A DNA stretch of 56,357 nt, taken from the NCBI GenBank assembly GCA_000993955.1, contig LBZW01000006.1, positions 1 to 56,357 of the forward strand, in the 5' to 3' direction. Shown in pieces: positions 20,573 to 31,370 of this stretch. The notes below the pieces were generated by a model. It was not told the origin of the DNA. It saw nothing but the letters and a program-made list of their open reading frames with translations, and ran no database searches. The DNA is from Candidatus Nomurabacteria bacterium GW2011_GWA2_40_9. Its GTDB lineage: Bacteria > Patescibacteriota > Minisyncoccia > Phycocordibacterales > UBA9973. The position numbers were made by a program, and so were the translations under genes. Numbering within the stretch: the first letter of the stretch is position 1; the number at the start of each line of letters is the position of its first letter.

Positions 20573-21268
20573 ATGAATTACGAATACCACCATAAAAATA
20601 CTTTAGAAAACCCCTGCAATTACATGTACACACCATTTTATGGTGATTCATTTCTAAAAAGCTATTTTAGAAATCGGGAAAACTCTATAGCCATTCTTCA
20701 AGATAGAACGCATCTAAAAACTATCCAAATAGTAGATATTATAAAGAAAGAAAATATAGAGGCCCTCTTCTATCTTCTTAATGGTAACACGAAGGATAAA
20801 ACTAGAAAAACCCTCTCTCAATTGTTAAAGAATAGTCAAGAATGGCTTAAGATCCTAGAAAAAAAAGAGCGTGTAAATACACTTGAAATATTCGAGAATT
20901 TATTGATAGCCATTCTTCTGGGAAATAAAAAATCGCATAAAAATATTTGTTTTTATTTAAATATTTTCTTAAAAAGATATGAACTCTCTAAGCATCTTTT
21001 TACACATTATAATGGCTCTACTTTTAAAAAAAGTGGGGGAGACTATACGTTATTATCAAGCTATGTTTACTTTTCGCTCCTATTGAGCTTGGCTTACTTT
21101 AGATTAAAGAACATTAAGTATTTAAATACTACCCTAAAAATAAATGATATGCTTTGTTCAAATTTAAACAACCTCCAGAACCATTTTGATAGATCCGCAT
21201 TTTTTATATCATTAATATTGGAAATACACCTTGTAAAATTACTTATGGTCAAAAAGGGGCTGTCATGA
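20573..21268 (+). CDS. Hypothetical protein (predominantly helical)
   Basis: 231-aa ORF in the operon, overlapping the formyltransferase start; YMYTPFYG, YLNTTLKIND. Confidence 0.75.
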   Translation: MNYEYHHKNTLENPCNYMYTPFYGDSFLKSYFRNRENSIAILQDRTHLKTIQIVDIIKKENIEALFYLLNGNTKDKTRKTLSQLLKNSQEWLKILEKKERVNTLEIFENLLIAILLGNKKSHKNICFYLNIFLKRYELSKHLFTHYNGSTFKKSGGDYTLLSSYVYFSLLLSLAYFRLKNIKYLNTTLKINDMLCSNLNNLQNHFDRSAFFISLILEIHLVKLLMVKKGLS

Positions 21269-22014
21269 TTCTTCAAGATATCGGCATGGTACTTGTCTCA
21301 TCATCCCGTTCAAAAGCTTACTTACAAATACTCTTGAAGCATGATATTAAGCCTTCACACGTAATTATGATTGACCACCAAAGGGAAACTCTTTTGCCAG
21401 GGCAGAGAATTTCTGATGTATCACAATCACAAGAAATAAAAGATTCTTCAGTCCCCAAAAAGAAGTCTCAAGACTATTTTAACCCTGAGGAACAACTTAT
21501 AGAAACTTTGACCAAACACCACATCTCACATGAAATAATTTATAGCCAAGACGTGAACAATCCACACGTTATAAGCGCTTTAAAAAATAGGCGGGAAAAA
21601 TATTTCATCTATTCAGGATTCGGAGGCGGAATTTTGAAATCAGATATTTTGAATATTGGCAAAGATTTTATCCATATCCATTCGGGATTAATTCCATCCT
21701 ACCGTGGGAGCACAACGATTTATTATAGCATATTGAATGAAAATAAATGCACTGCAACAGCTTTTTTTCTAAACGAACACCTTGACAGTGGAGACATTAT
21801 TAAAATAAAAGAATTCCCTAAACCAAAAAATGGAGAAACAATCGACTTTATTTATGACGCACACATTCGATCTCTCTTGCTTTTAGAGGTACTACAAGAA
21901 TATATAAAAATCGGCGCCTTTAAAAGAAGGGCCCAAAGCGCTCAACAGGGAGAAACTTATTTTATAATTCATCCTGTTTTAAAACACTTGGCCATTTTAA
22001 CATGCAAAAAATAA
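21265..22014 (+). CDS. Formyltransferase-fold protein
   Basis: HIHSGLIPSYRGSTT, EHLDSGDII (Formyl_trans_N signature). Confidence 0.82.
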   Translation: MILQDIGMVLVSSSRSKAYLQILLKHDIKPSHVIMIDHQRETLLPGQRISDVSQSQEIKDSSVPKKKSQDYFNPEEQLIETLTKHHISHEIIYSQDVNNPHVISALKNRREKYFIYSGFGGGILKSDILNIGKDFIHIHSGLIPSYRGSTTIYYSILNENKCTATAFFLNEHLDSGDIIKIKEFPKPKNGETIDFIYDAHIRSLLLLEVLQEYIKIGAFKRRAQSAQQGETYFIIHPVLKHLAILTCKK

Positions 22015-23033
22015 AATTTATATTTCAATCTACACCCTTTCGATCAGGAGCTACCTTACTGTCAAGAATGTTAAATGCTCATCCGAAAATAGGCTCTCTA
22101 AATGACGATGTAAAATTTTTCCGTTTTTGCTATAATCGATACCTGCCTCTAAATAAAAAAAATGTGCACCGAATGTTAGAAGAGGAGGCGTATCGTCTTT
22201 TACACCGATTTAATATAAAACTTGATGTCAATAAATGCTTTGAAGTCATTAAAAAATATCCTCTGAAACATGACATTATTTATAAAACTATTTTATTACA
22301 CCTTTTTAAGAATCGCCCTAAAGACTTTATCCTAGATAAAGAAACTCTCGCTTGGACTAAAATCCCATTATTTCTTGAATGGTTTCCTAATTCCAAGGCT
22401 TTATTGATTATTCGAGATTTAAGAGACGTTGTTGTCTCATTTAAGAAGTTAACTTTTGCACCTGGGAATGATTACCTCATTGCTTTATTTAATGTAATAG
22501 ATGCTATGGACACTTTTTTAGAACTTCAGCATAAATTTCCTCACCGATTTTATGGCGTTCGTTATGAAATGCTAAAATCTAATCCAAAATCAGAAATGAA
22601 AAAAATATCCCACTTTTTAGGAATTGATTATAGTGCTAATATGTTAAATGAAAAAAAATGGGTGGAGTTTAATGGGGAAAAGTGGATAAATAAAAAACAT
22701 TCTACCTTTTACACCAGTGGTGACTATCAAAATCCAGTGGGTCGCTGGCGACGATTAATCACAGAAGAAGAATTATTCCTATGTGAGTGGATAGGAAAAA
22801 AACAAATGCAAAACTTTGGAATTAAATTTGAAGGATCAAAAATTTCTCAAAAAACATTTAACAGGGCTATACAAATGCTAACCAGCAGTAATGTATTACG
22901 TGAATGCTTTCAACACTGGTGTGAGACTGGCAAAGGGATGGAACGTTATCCATTGGATGCTACGAACCCAAAATATTGGGATAGAGACGTTTTATACAGC
23001 CCCCAAGCCTTTGGGCTGGAGTCATCCAAATAA
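22002..23033 (+). CDS. Sulfotransferase-family protein
   Basis: 5'-PSB-like FRSGATLLSRMLNAHP, 3'-PB IRDLRDVVVS, RYEML..P....I..FLG, VGRWR. Confidence 0.88.
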   Translation: MQKIKFIFQSTPFRSGATLLSRMLNAHPKIGSLNDDVKFFRFCYNRYLPLNKKNVHRMLEEEAYRLLHRFNIKLDVNKCFEVIKKYPLKHDIIYKTILLHLFKNRPKDFILDKETLAWTKIPLFLEWFPNSKALLIIRDLRDVVVSFKKLTFAPGNDYLIALFNVIDAMDTFLELQHKFPHRFYGVRYEMLKSNPKSEMKKISHFLGIDYSANMLNEKKWVEFNGEKWINKKHSTFYTSGDYQNPVGRWRRLITEEELFLCEWIGKKQMQNFGIKFEGSKISQKTFNRAIQMLTSSNVLRECFQHWCETGKGMERYPLDATNPKYWDRDVLYSPQAFGLESSK

Positions 23034-23050
23034 AATGGCATATACAATAC

Positions 23051-23686
23051 ATGCATAAGAGAAAAAAAATAGTCATCTTAGGAGGCGGCAGCCATGCGGA
23101 AGTTTTGCTCAGCATACTACAGTTACATACAATAACCATCCTGGGATATACAGATCATATCAAAAAGAGGAATCTGCCCATAAAATACTTAGGGAATGAT
23201 CTCTCAGTTGGCTACCATTCACCAAAAGATATTCAACTTGTTAATGGTTTAGGATCAACGGACTTACCTCTTCAACGCCAATTCATATATGAAAAATTTA
23301 AAAAACTTGGCTATACATTTGCTTCCGTAATTCATCCTAGTGCTATTTTAGCAAAAGATGTAAAACTCTCTGAAGGCGTTCAGCTCATGACCGCTGTTGT
23401 TATTAATGTTAATAGTCAGATAGGAGAAAACTCAATTATCAATACGGGAGCTTTAATAGATCATCATTGTTGTATTGGAAAACATTCTCATATTGCACCG
23501 GGTGTTACTCTTTCTGGTGGTATACACATTGGAAACTGTTGTCTCATTGGTGCTGGCACAACTATTATACAAAATATTTCTATTGGGAACCAAGTAGTCA
23601 TTGGAGCAGGTTCGGTCGTAATTAAAAATGTTTTATCTTGTATCAGGGCAGCTGGCGTACCTGCAAGAACTATTTCAGCGGCATGA
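23051..23686 (+). CDS. neuD: NeuD/PglD-type hexapeptide-repeat acetyltransferase
   Basis: LGGGSHA, VIHPSA, IINTGALIDHHCCIG.HSHIAPG, GVPAR. Confidence 0.88.
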   Translation: MHKRKKIVILGGGSHAEVLLSILQLHTITILGYTDHIKKRNLPIKYLGNDLSVGYHSPKDIQLVNGLGSTDLPLQRQFIYEKFKKLGYTFASVIHPSAILAKDVKLSEGVQLMTAVVINVNSQIGENSIINTGALIDHHCCIGKHSHIAPGVTLSGGIHIGNCCLIGAGTTIIQNISIGNQVVIGAGSVVIKNVLSCIRAAGVPARTISAA

Positions 23687-25509
23687 AGCATCAAAAAATC
23701 AGTGTTGTATTCTCCCCTGACATCATTTCCTTATTATGGCTGCGCCTAACAACCTCAGGTCCTATTTATTTTACTGAAACAGGCGCTCCCCTTTCTACTA
23801 GCCTTTTAAAAAAAACATCCAAATTACTTTATTTTTTAAATATTCATGCCTTTAAATACCACATCGGCACGGGTAGTCAGGGACAAGGATACCTTAATTC
23901 AATTTTTTGTACGGCAAAAGATTTAACTGAAGAATTCACAAATACTTGCAACGAAATAAACCTTATTAATAATTTTAGTGAAAAATTTTTCGATAAAAAC
24001 TTCCTGCTCTTTATAAAAAAATATATCTACTTGCAAATCTGGCATACCATTCGAAATTATCATGGAATCTTAAATAATTATGCTTTAAACTCCATCATCT
24101 ATATTCCACCTAAGTCTTGTGAGTCTTTTGTCTTTGAAAAGTATACATCTGGAGTCAATCATAATTTGACCATTAAAACATTTTCGAAACGATTTAATAA
24201 TATATTACTTATTCTTATTTATTTCTGTTTTTTAATAAAGCGTATGACTATAAGTGGTTTTAAATTTTCAAATTTTAAAAAAGCCCAATATAAAATCATG
24301 ATCGAATGTGATCGATGGACAAATAAAGATCGAACTTTTGACTTGCTGGAATGGTGGGACGATACATCTATTAAAAAAGAAGAAATATTAATATTTTCTC
24401 CCGCTAATCATTCATCTGAAAACTTACCTTTTTACTATGAGCTGAAAAATAAAGGATTTTCTTGTACAGAGTTAAAAGCAAAGCGGAAAATCCCCATATC
24501 TCATCTGAGGAAAATTATATCCCTTCTTGTCTTCTTTCCTTTAAAAAATATACCTCCCTTAGTAAGAAGCAGCCATTGTAATATTTTTTTATTTTTTCTC
24601 ACCCAATTTTTTTATTGGTCAATTTTTTTTTATTACCACAAAGTTAAAATCTTGATTTTATCAAATCCAGTCGATAACGATTATCAAACCATCATTTGCA
24701 ATTTATTTAATTGTTCAACCATTGCCTTTCACACAAGCTATTTTGGAACATTTGATCAACTTAACGCAAGAAATTACCATGTAAATCATTTATTATTATG
24801 GGGAGAAGCTCAAATAAATCCTTCCATTATTGGTACCTCTGTAGACCATACTTATTTTACGGGCTGTCATGCATTGACGAATGTATGTAGAGAAAAAAAA
24901 ATATTGACAAAGCTAAACATTCCAGGAATTAAGACTGGTAAAAAAAATATACTTTTTTTTGATAATACAGTCATTAATGATGCCCCAACAACAGAAGAGG
25001 GATATTTTCAATTTTTAGAAATGCTGATCCAATGCAAAAAAATTCTAAATACAAATGTTATATATAGACCTAAGATTTTAGATCCCTTTGATGAATCGCA
25101 TTTTAGTAACACAAGAAAACTTACCAGAATAAAAAAAACATTAGAGGATCTTCAAATACCCATATTAACCAGAGATAAATATGATTTAAGCTTTATATTC
25201 TCTGCAGCTGATATTGTTGTATCAAACATGACTGCCACACCTAGTATGATTGCCCTCATGCTCGATATTCCTTCATTTTTTTATTTCAAAAACATCAAAC
25301 AAACTCCGGATCCTATTATGAGAAATTATTTAAACGAACTCATCTTTGAAGACCCAGAAAGGCTTATTAAAAAGATTAAAGATGTAAGTGAAGGAGCCGC
25401 ATATGCTCATTTAAGTAACGAAGAAAAGAAAAAGATAAATTATCATCTTGATACCAATGGATTAATAAGATTGCGATCGATAATTACGGAGATTACGAAT
25501 CATTCTTAA
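23683..25509 (+). CDS. Putative GT-B-fold surface-glycan biosynthesis protein
   Basis: About 608 aa; AFHTSY, LLWGE, FFDN, IYRPK, ADIVVS..T..SMIAL..DIPS. Confidence 0.55.
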   Translation: MKHQKISVVFSPDIISLLWLRLTTSGPIYFTETGAPLSTSLLKKTSKLLYFLNIHAFKYHIGTGSQGQGYLNSIFCTAKDLTEEFTNTCNEINLINNFSEKFFDKNFLLFIKKYIYLQIWHTIRNYHGILNNYALNSIIYIPPKSCESFVFEKYTSGVNHNLTIKTFSKRFNNILLILIYFCFLIKRMTISGFKFSNFKKAQYKIMIECDRWTNKDRTFDLLEWWDDTSIKKEEILIFSPANHSSENLPFYYELKNKGFSCTELKAKRKIPISHLRKIISLLVFFPLKNIPPLVRSSHCNIFLFFLTQFFYWSIFFYYHKVKILILSNPVDNDYQTIICNLFNCSTIAFHTSYFGTFDQLNARNYHVNHLLLWGEAQINPSIIGTSVDHTYFTGCHALTNVCREKKILTKLNIPGIKTGKKNILFFDNTVINDAPTTEEGYFQFLEMLIQCKKILNTNVIYRPKILDPFDESHFSNTRKLTRIKKTLEDLQIPILTRDKYDLSFIFSAADIVVSNMTATPSMIALMLDIPSFFYFKNIKQTPDPIMRNYLNELIFEDPERLIKKIKDVSEGAAYAHLSNEEKKKINYHLDTNGLIRLRSIITEITNHS

Positions 25510-25511
25510 TT

Positions 25512-26369
25512 TTAGGAAAAGCTCCGCCCCTTTTTATTTGGATCTAAATAGAAATAATATTTTTTATTACTAGATTCCCACATATATCCAAAACTTTCCA
25601 TATGTGCAATAATCTTGTTATAATTTACTCCTGAATGTGTATCCAAAACGATATATTTAACTTTTTGTTCTTTCCAAGTCGCTTCTTCACTAAGCAACAG
25701 CTTTTCTTCAGCGCCTTCAATATCAATTTTCATTAAATCAATGTTCTTATTATCAATAGAACGAAAAAGTTCTTTAAAATCAATTGTTCTTACTACTTTA
25801 TATCTCTCGGTTTCTCTTGTAAGACTATATGACATTGAAGAAAACTCAGAACCTATAGGACTGTAAAGTTTCAGATGGCCCATTGTATCTGCTAAAGCAC
25901 AATTAATTAGAGTAAAGAGCTTTTTATTCAACTGGCTAATATTTAAACTTAAAATTTTAAAATTATTGATATCTGGCTCTATAGATATAACATGACCTTC
26001 CTCCCCTACTAGTTCAGACATTAATAATGTATGAGTTCCAATATGAGCACCTATATCACATACTATATCACCCTTTGAAATTAATTTATCGTACTTAATA
26101 TAACGCTCTCTTTCAGTATTTGTAAATCCTTGAAGAATATCAACAAATGATAAACAGAGTATAAATTTTCCATAAGGAACACTATAGACTTTGTTTTTTA
26201 CTCTTTTACAAATAACACTAGTGATCAATACTTTTTTTCCAATGATTACACGACAATAGAGAAACTCAACTATAGAAGCCATAACAGTTATTGCATAATC
26301 AATTTTCTCTATAATGCCAATTCTGGCATAAAATGGATAAAGAGCTGGTATTTTATTTAGAAATCGCAT
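25512..26369 (-). CDS. FkbM-family methyltransferase
   Basis: DIGAHIG, SIEPD, MKIDIEGAE. Confidence 0.92.
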   Translation of the reverse strand: MRFLNKIPALYPFYARIGIIEKIDYAITVMASIVEFLYCRVIIGKKVLITSVICKRVKNKVYSVPYGKFILCLSFVDILQGFTNTERERYIKYDKLISKGDIVCDIGAHIGTHTLLMSELVGEEGHVISIEPDINNFKILSLNISQLNKKLFTLINCALADTMGHLKLYSPIGSEFSSMSYSLTRETERYKVVRTIDFKELFRSIDNKNIDLMKIDIEGAEEKLLLSEEATWKEQKVKYIVLDTHSGVNYNKIIAHMESFGYMWESSNKKYYFYLDPNKKGRSFS

Positions 26370-28113
26370 TCACAACCTCATGATCACAGACAGTAACTTG
26401 TCTTTTTTCCAAAGTCACTATACAGTCTACACACTTTATCGTTTCTAAACGATGCGCTATTAATAGAACTGTTTTAGAACGAACATAATCAAGAAAAGGA
26501 GACATGATGGCTTGTTCTGTTTCTATATCTAGAGCACTCGTAGGCTCATCTAAAAGATAGATATCTGGATTGCGAAGAAGCGCTCTTGCTAAAGCTAATC
26601 GTTGACGCTGCCCGCCAGAAAGCTTTATCCCTCTATCCCCCACAATGGTATTCCATTTTTCTGGTAAATTCTTTATAAATTCCAAAATTCCAGAAATTCT
26701 TGTAGCGTCTTCCAAATCTTTCAGAGAAGCCCCAGGTAATCCCATCTTTAAATTAGCGCCAATCGTATCGTGAAATAAAAATACATCTTGTCCAACATAG
26801 GCAACGTGAGAACGCCACGCTTCAAGATCTATATCAGCCAGTGAAACTCCATTAACTAAAATTTCCCCTTTTTCAGGCTTAATGAACCCTAAAATTAGAT
26901 CAAGAATTGTGGATTTCCCATTTCCCGAAGCACCCACCAACGCCGTAACCTTTCCTTCTTTTATTTCAAGTGAAAGATTATCTAAAACAGGCTGACCAGG
27001 TTCATAGGAAAAACACACAGATTCTAGTGAAATACGAATAGGTTTCTGGAGTTTTAGATAAACATTTTTTGGAATATGCAGTTTAACTTCATACTCTTTA
27101 ATTAACTCATGTAAAAATTCTACATATGGAAAATTTCGTTGAAGTTGCACATAAGCATTCCCTAGTTGTACGATAGAAGGCATTAACCGAATAAGCCCAA
27201 AAAAATAGATACAAAGCATGGGGATAGCACCTATAAAATTTTGATTTGTGAAACTTAAAAATAGTGACACAAAAGATAAAAGTCCAAGAATGATGAATAA
27301 CTCAAGTAATTTTGGTGGTAAAACAATCCAAAAATCATCTTTTTTCATAAGATTTGCAAAACGATGCACTTCAAAACTAAATCGCTTAAACCACATGTCT
27401 TCATACCCATAAGACCGAATATATCGCATTCCAGACAGAGCCTCTGATGCCACAGTACTTTGAAGACGCGAAGAATCTACCCGTTCTTTACTGACACGAT
27501 ATGATATTTTTTTTTCAAATCTTTGGATAAAAAGGAAATAGATAAAGCCTAAAACAGCTCCTACCAAAAAAAGAGATTTAGAAGTTAATAATAAAACTCC
27601 ACAAATGACTATAAACACAATGGTTGTTAAAAATATTTTACTAACATAAAGCAATATTTCTGAACATTTTGACGGAAGACTGGTCAAGTGAAACATCATA
27701 TCTCCTTGCTTTTTTTTCAAAAAATGATGCCATGGAAGAGACAAATAAAGATGCATCATCTTCTCTTGAAGGTTCACCAAGGCTTGGCTTCGCAACGTAC
27801 AACTATTTTTCTCAAAGACAATATTCGTATAAAAACGCATGATAGCCAAAAAACCAATTACACAGGCATATAAAAGAGCAAGGGTTAGAAAAGAAAAAGA
27901 ACTTAATCCTAAACTATCTAAAACCTGTTTTAAAAAATGACTCTGTGAAAAATTTTGATTGATCACAAAACGTGTAAAATCAAATAACCCAATTAAAATA
28001 CTGCTATCTAGCAAAGCACTGAAAGCTCCTATGAAAACAAGGAATTTAAGTTGTTTCTTATAAGCAAAAAGAAATGACTTAAGGATTTTTAGTTTTTCAG
28101 AGAACAATTTCAT
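26353..28113 (-). CDS. ABC transporter, fused TMD-NBD (PglK/MsbA-type flippase)
   Basis: Hydrophobic N-half; GASGNGKST, LSGGQRQRLALARA, LLDEPTSALD, IAHRL. Confidence 0.93.
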   Translation of the reverse strand: MKLFSEKLKILKSFLFAYKKQLKFLVFIGAFSALLDSSILIGLFDFTRFVINQNFSQSHFLKQVLDSLGLSSFSFLTLALLYACVIGFLAIMRFYTNIVFEKNSCTLRSQALVNLQEKMMHLYLSLPWHHFLKKKQGDMMFHLTSLPSKCSEILLYVSKIFLTTIVFIVICGVLLLTSKSLFLVGAVLGFIYFLFIQRFEKKISYRVSKERVDSSRLQSTVASEALSGMRYIRSYGYEDMWFKRFSFEVHRFANLMKKDDFWIVLPPKLLELFIILGLLSFVSLFLSFTNQNFIGAIPMLCIYFFGLIRLMPSIVQLGNAYVQLQRNFPYVEFLHELIKEYEVKLHIPKNVYLKLQKPIRISLESVCFSYEPGQPVLDNLSLEIKEGKVTALVGASGNGKSTILDLILGFIKPEKGEILVNGVSLADIDLEAWRSHVAYVGQDVFLFHDTIGANLKMGLPGASLKDLEDATRISGILEFIKNLPEKWNTIVGDRGIKLSGGQRQRLALARALLRNPDIYLLDEPTSALDIETEQAIMSPFLDYVRSKTVLLIAHRLETIKCVDCIVTLEKRQVTVCDHEVVNAISK

Positions 28114-29036
28114 ATTCCGAACCCAAAGACTGTAAAATTAAATACTCCTTTTCTGGTATAGGAATACCTTCTCTCTCTCTTTTTAAAAACAGAAATCTCT
28201 TGAAAACAATCAATTCGAAGTGCCATAACAAAATGGCCCAAAAAGCGTTTTTGGTTCAAAGGAGCCTCAAACATTTTTGGAATATAAGGCCCATAGGGCA
28301 TACCCGTCAATAAACTACATAAAATTTCAACCATCATACTTAAGCCATATCCTTTATATCCCCCTATAGGGGAAAGCATTGTCACTTCTTTGGAATTTGT
28401 CGTTTCAATCCCATCTTTGTCAAATCCAACTCCTTGAGGCAATTGCTTTCCTTCTTGTTCAAACTGTTTTACTTTATTAAATGTCATCTGGCTTGTAGCC
28501 ATATCTAAACAAAAAGGTTCTTCGCCATCACAGGGTACAGCCATACAAATAGGATTATTCCCTAAAAATGGCCTCTTACCCCCATAGGTTTTTATGAGTG
28601 CATCTGTATTCGTAAAACTCATACCAATCATGTCATGCTTTGCAATTTCTAAGGAATAGTAAGCAGCTGCCCCAAAATGAGTAGAATTATAAATGGCCAC
28701 ATGACCACTGCCTGCTTCTTTGGCTAAAAGAATAGCTTTTTTAGCAGCTTCCATTCCAGCTGCATGACCAAACGTGTGATCCACATCAAACATGCCCGTC
28801 GATGGACTGGTTTGGTGAAAGGCATACTGTGGATTGGAATTAATTCTACCCCCTTTAAGAGCTTTCAAATAATGAGGTAAAAGGCGCACACCATGAGAAT
28901 CCACCCCTCTTAAAGAAGTTTGAATTAAGCCCTCTGTAACAAAATGTGCCACATCTTCTCGAACTCCAGCTTTCAATAAGATATTTTTTATAAATATTGA
29001 AAGTTGTAAACTTGGTAAATAAATTGCCTTATTCAT
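28097..29036 (-). pseudogene. Ldh_2-family (malate/L-lactate/ureidoglycolate/sulfolactate) dehydrogenase with a deletion-frameshift near the C-terminus
   Basis: SLRGVDSHG, HFGAAAYY, GNNPI, LDMATS, GGYKGYGL; the tail REGIPIPEKEYLILQSLGSEYEIVL* is in another frame after an (AG)5 run at 28171-28180. Confidence 0.75.
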
Positions 29037-29075
29037 ATTTACAATATATTTTGTCTAAAATTGGATAAAATTAAG

Positions 29076-31320
29076 ATGTTTAAAAAAGAGCTTATAGCTA
29101 TTTTCTTTATCATTATTATTGTTCTTATTGGTTATCATGAAATATTTTTAGGGGCAAATTTTTTTACAAATGCAGATCCCCTCGGATCTTCTCATTTGAC
29201 ATATCGTACACCCATCAATGGATGGAGACCAGATATTCGATTTGGCGGTTCTTTGTTCTTGGGAGACCCTGGGGAATCACATCCATGGTCCTTAACTTCT
29301 TTATTTGAAAAAATTCCTCTCTCTCAGAAAGATTCCTACAGTTTTTTAGTCATCCTATTGGGTATTTGTACTGCACTCTCATTATATTTCTTCTTGAGAC
29401 AAGTTGTTCCAGAATTAGGAAGATATGTGGCTATTCTTGCCCCTCTCAGTGTTTTTTGCCAAGAACAATTTAATAGTCAGCATGCACGCTTACGCTGTAC
29501 TCTTTCTGTCGGCGTCCCTTTGTTTTTAATGCTTCTGTATTCTTTCTATAAGAAACCGAGATTATTACATTACTTTTTTGCAAGTCTTCTCTTTTGGTTT
29601 GTTGCTTTCATGGGTACTCTATGGGGCCTTACTCAAATGCTAACAATAGGTGTCTTATTCTCAATACTATACACCCTTTACTTTAAAGAGGATCTCCGTC
29701 TAATGGTCATTAAGTTTTTCTCAATTTACATACTAGGTAATTTGACCATGATTTGTTTAGGGATGTGGGTGTTTTATTCATTTTTCTGGGAATATATCCA
29801 TAACCTGGACCTTCCAGGAATCCCCTGGCGTCCTTTGGGACATTTTTTTAATGCATTAATGATAATGCCACTTATTACAGTATTTTTTATTTTCCATCGA
29901 TCTAAAAATTTTTGGGAATACGCATTAAAATGGCTCGTGATCCTTATTGTTGCACAATATGGGCTTGTAAAACTATTCCCATTTTATGGAGATATTCTTG
30001 CTTTTATATCTCATAAAAGCTCAACAATTATTAATTTGAGTATATATGAAGGAGGTTATTTTCCTTTGCAAATTGGATTAATAGCTATTTTTCTTTCAAA
30101 AGCGAGTAAAAAGAACTCCACCATTAAAAAATTATGGGCTAGCAGAATCCAAACTGGGATAGCCTATTTATTAATAACATCTTATTTTTGTCTTCTTTTA
30201 TTCGCACTTATTTCTATCTTGTTACCAGAACTTATCCCTACGGTTATCTCTTATGTAGTCCAAACCTTTGGTCCACAACATCTGGGCAATTATTCAAACG
30301 AATTTTTAATATATGTTGTATCTTTTATCATAAGACGCTTACAACACGCCATGAGCTGGCATGCCATTTTATTTTATGTATCAAGCATTCTCTTGGTAGC
30401 ATTATTCATCAAAAATAAATGGTTTTTTAATAATCCCCATAAACAAAAAGTATTAATTCCTTCTCTTTTGCTTTTAAATGGAATTATGTTTTCATGGACA
30501 GTCTATCCATTAAATTATGAAAAGTTCCAGAAAAGAAACAATCGAAAAATTTAAAGAAAACTGGGTAAACCTAGAGGGTCAAGGAGACAGAGAATATCTA
30601 ATTGGCGAATTCATCCCCCCCAGCCTGAATCTTTCCACAGCATTTCATTTTATGCCTACTGATGTTGGAAACTTTATTTTTAAAATTTTTAATGTCGATA
30701 AAACAACAAAAATAAGACAGCCAAGAGAGCTCAGTCAAGGCCCCTTTGTATCCTCTGAATTATTAGATATGGGGGCCGTTAATCATTACTACTCACGCGT
30801 TCCAATTCCAGATCTACCTAAAAATTTATCCCTTATCTACAAAGGAAAACAACTTTACATATATAAAAACCTTTCTGCATGGCCATACTTCTACTTAGCA
30901 AAAAATTTAAAAGTCAAAACAAATTCAGAATATCCGCATGTTCAACGAAATACTGCATACATAGAAAAAAAAGAGGATTTCTTTAGCTTGTCTAAAGAAG
31001 CTGGAAAAGCCCGTCTAAAAATGAAAGAATTTTTATACGGGCGAATGGTATTTGATTTTGAGAGCAAACAAAAAGAATTTTTGGTCATCGCTGATGCTTG
31101 GCACCCTCTTTGGAAGACAAAAGCAAATGGGGATTATCTCCCAATAATAAAAACAAATGAGATTTTTAAAGGAGTCATATTACCCGCAGGAAAATATGAC
31201 ATAACTGTTTTTTTTGATTATTCCCCTTATCTTGTGGGAATTTACTTAAGTGTTATTTTTTGGATATTATTCTCTGTAGGAATGTTTTTGGCTTGGAAAT
31301 ATCGATCTGAAGATTTCTGA
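29076..31320 (+). pseudogene. YfhO-like GT-C membrane protein split by a frameshift at about 30515
   Basis: The multi-TM ORF 29076-30554 overlaps ORF 30517-31320, which ends in the YfhO-type LVIADAWHPLW..N..FKGVILPAG and a final TM helix. Confidence 0.6.
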
Positions 31321-31370
31321 CCTATCTCCGTACTTAAAAATCGCCCTAAATAAAGTCTTCACATAAATCT

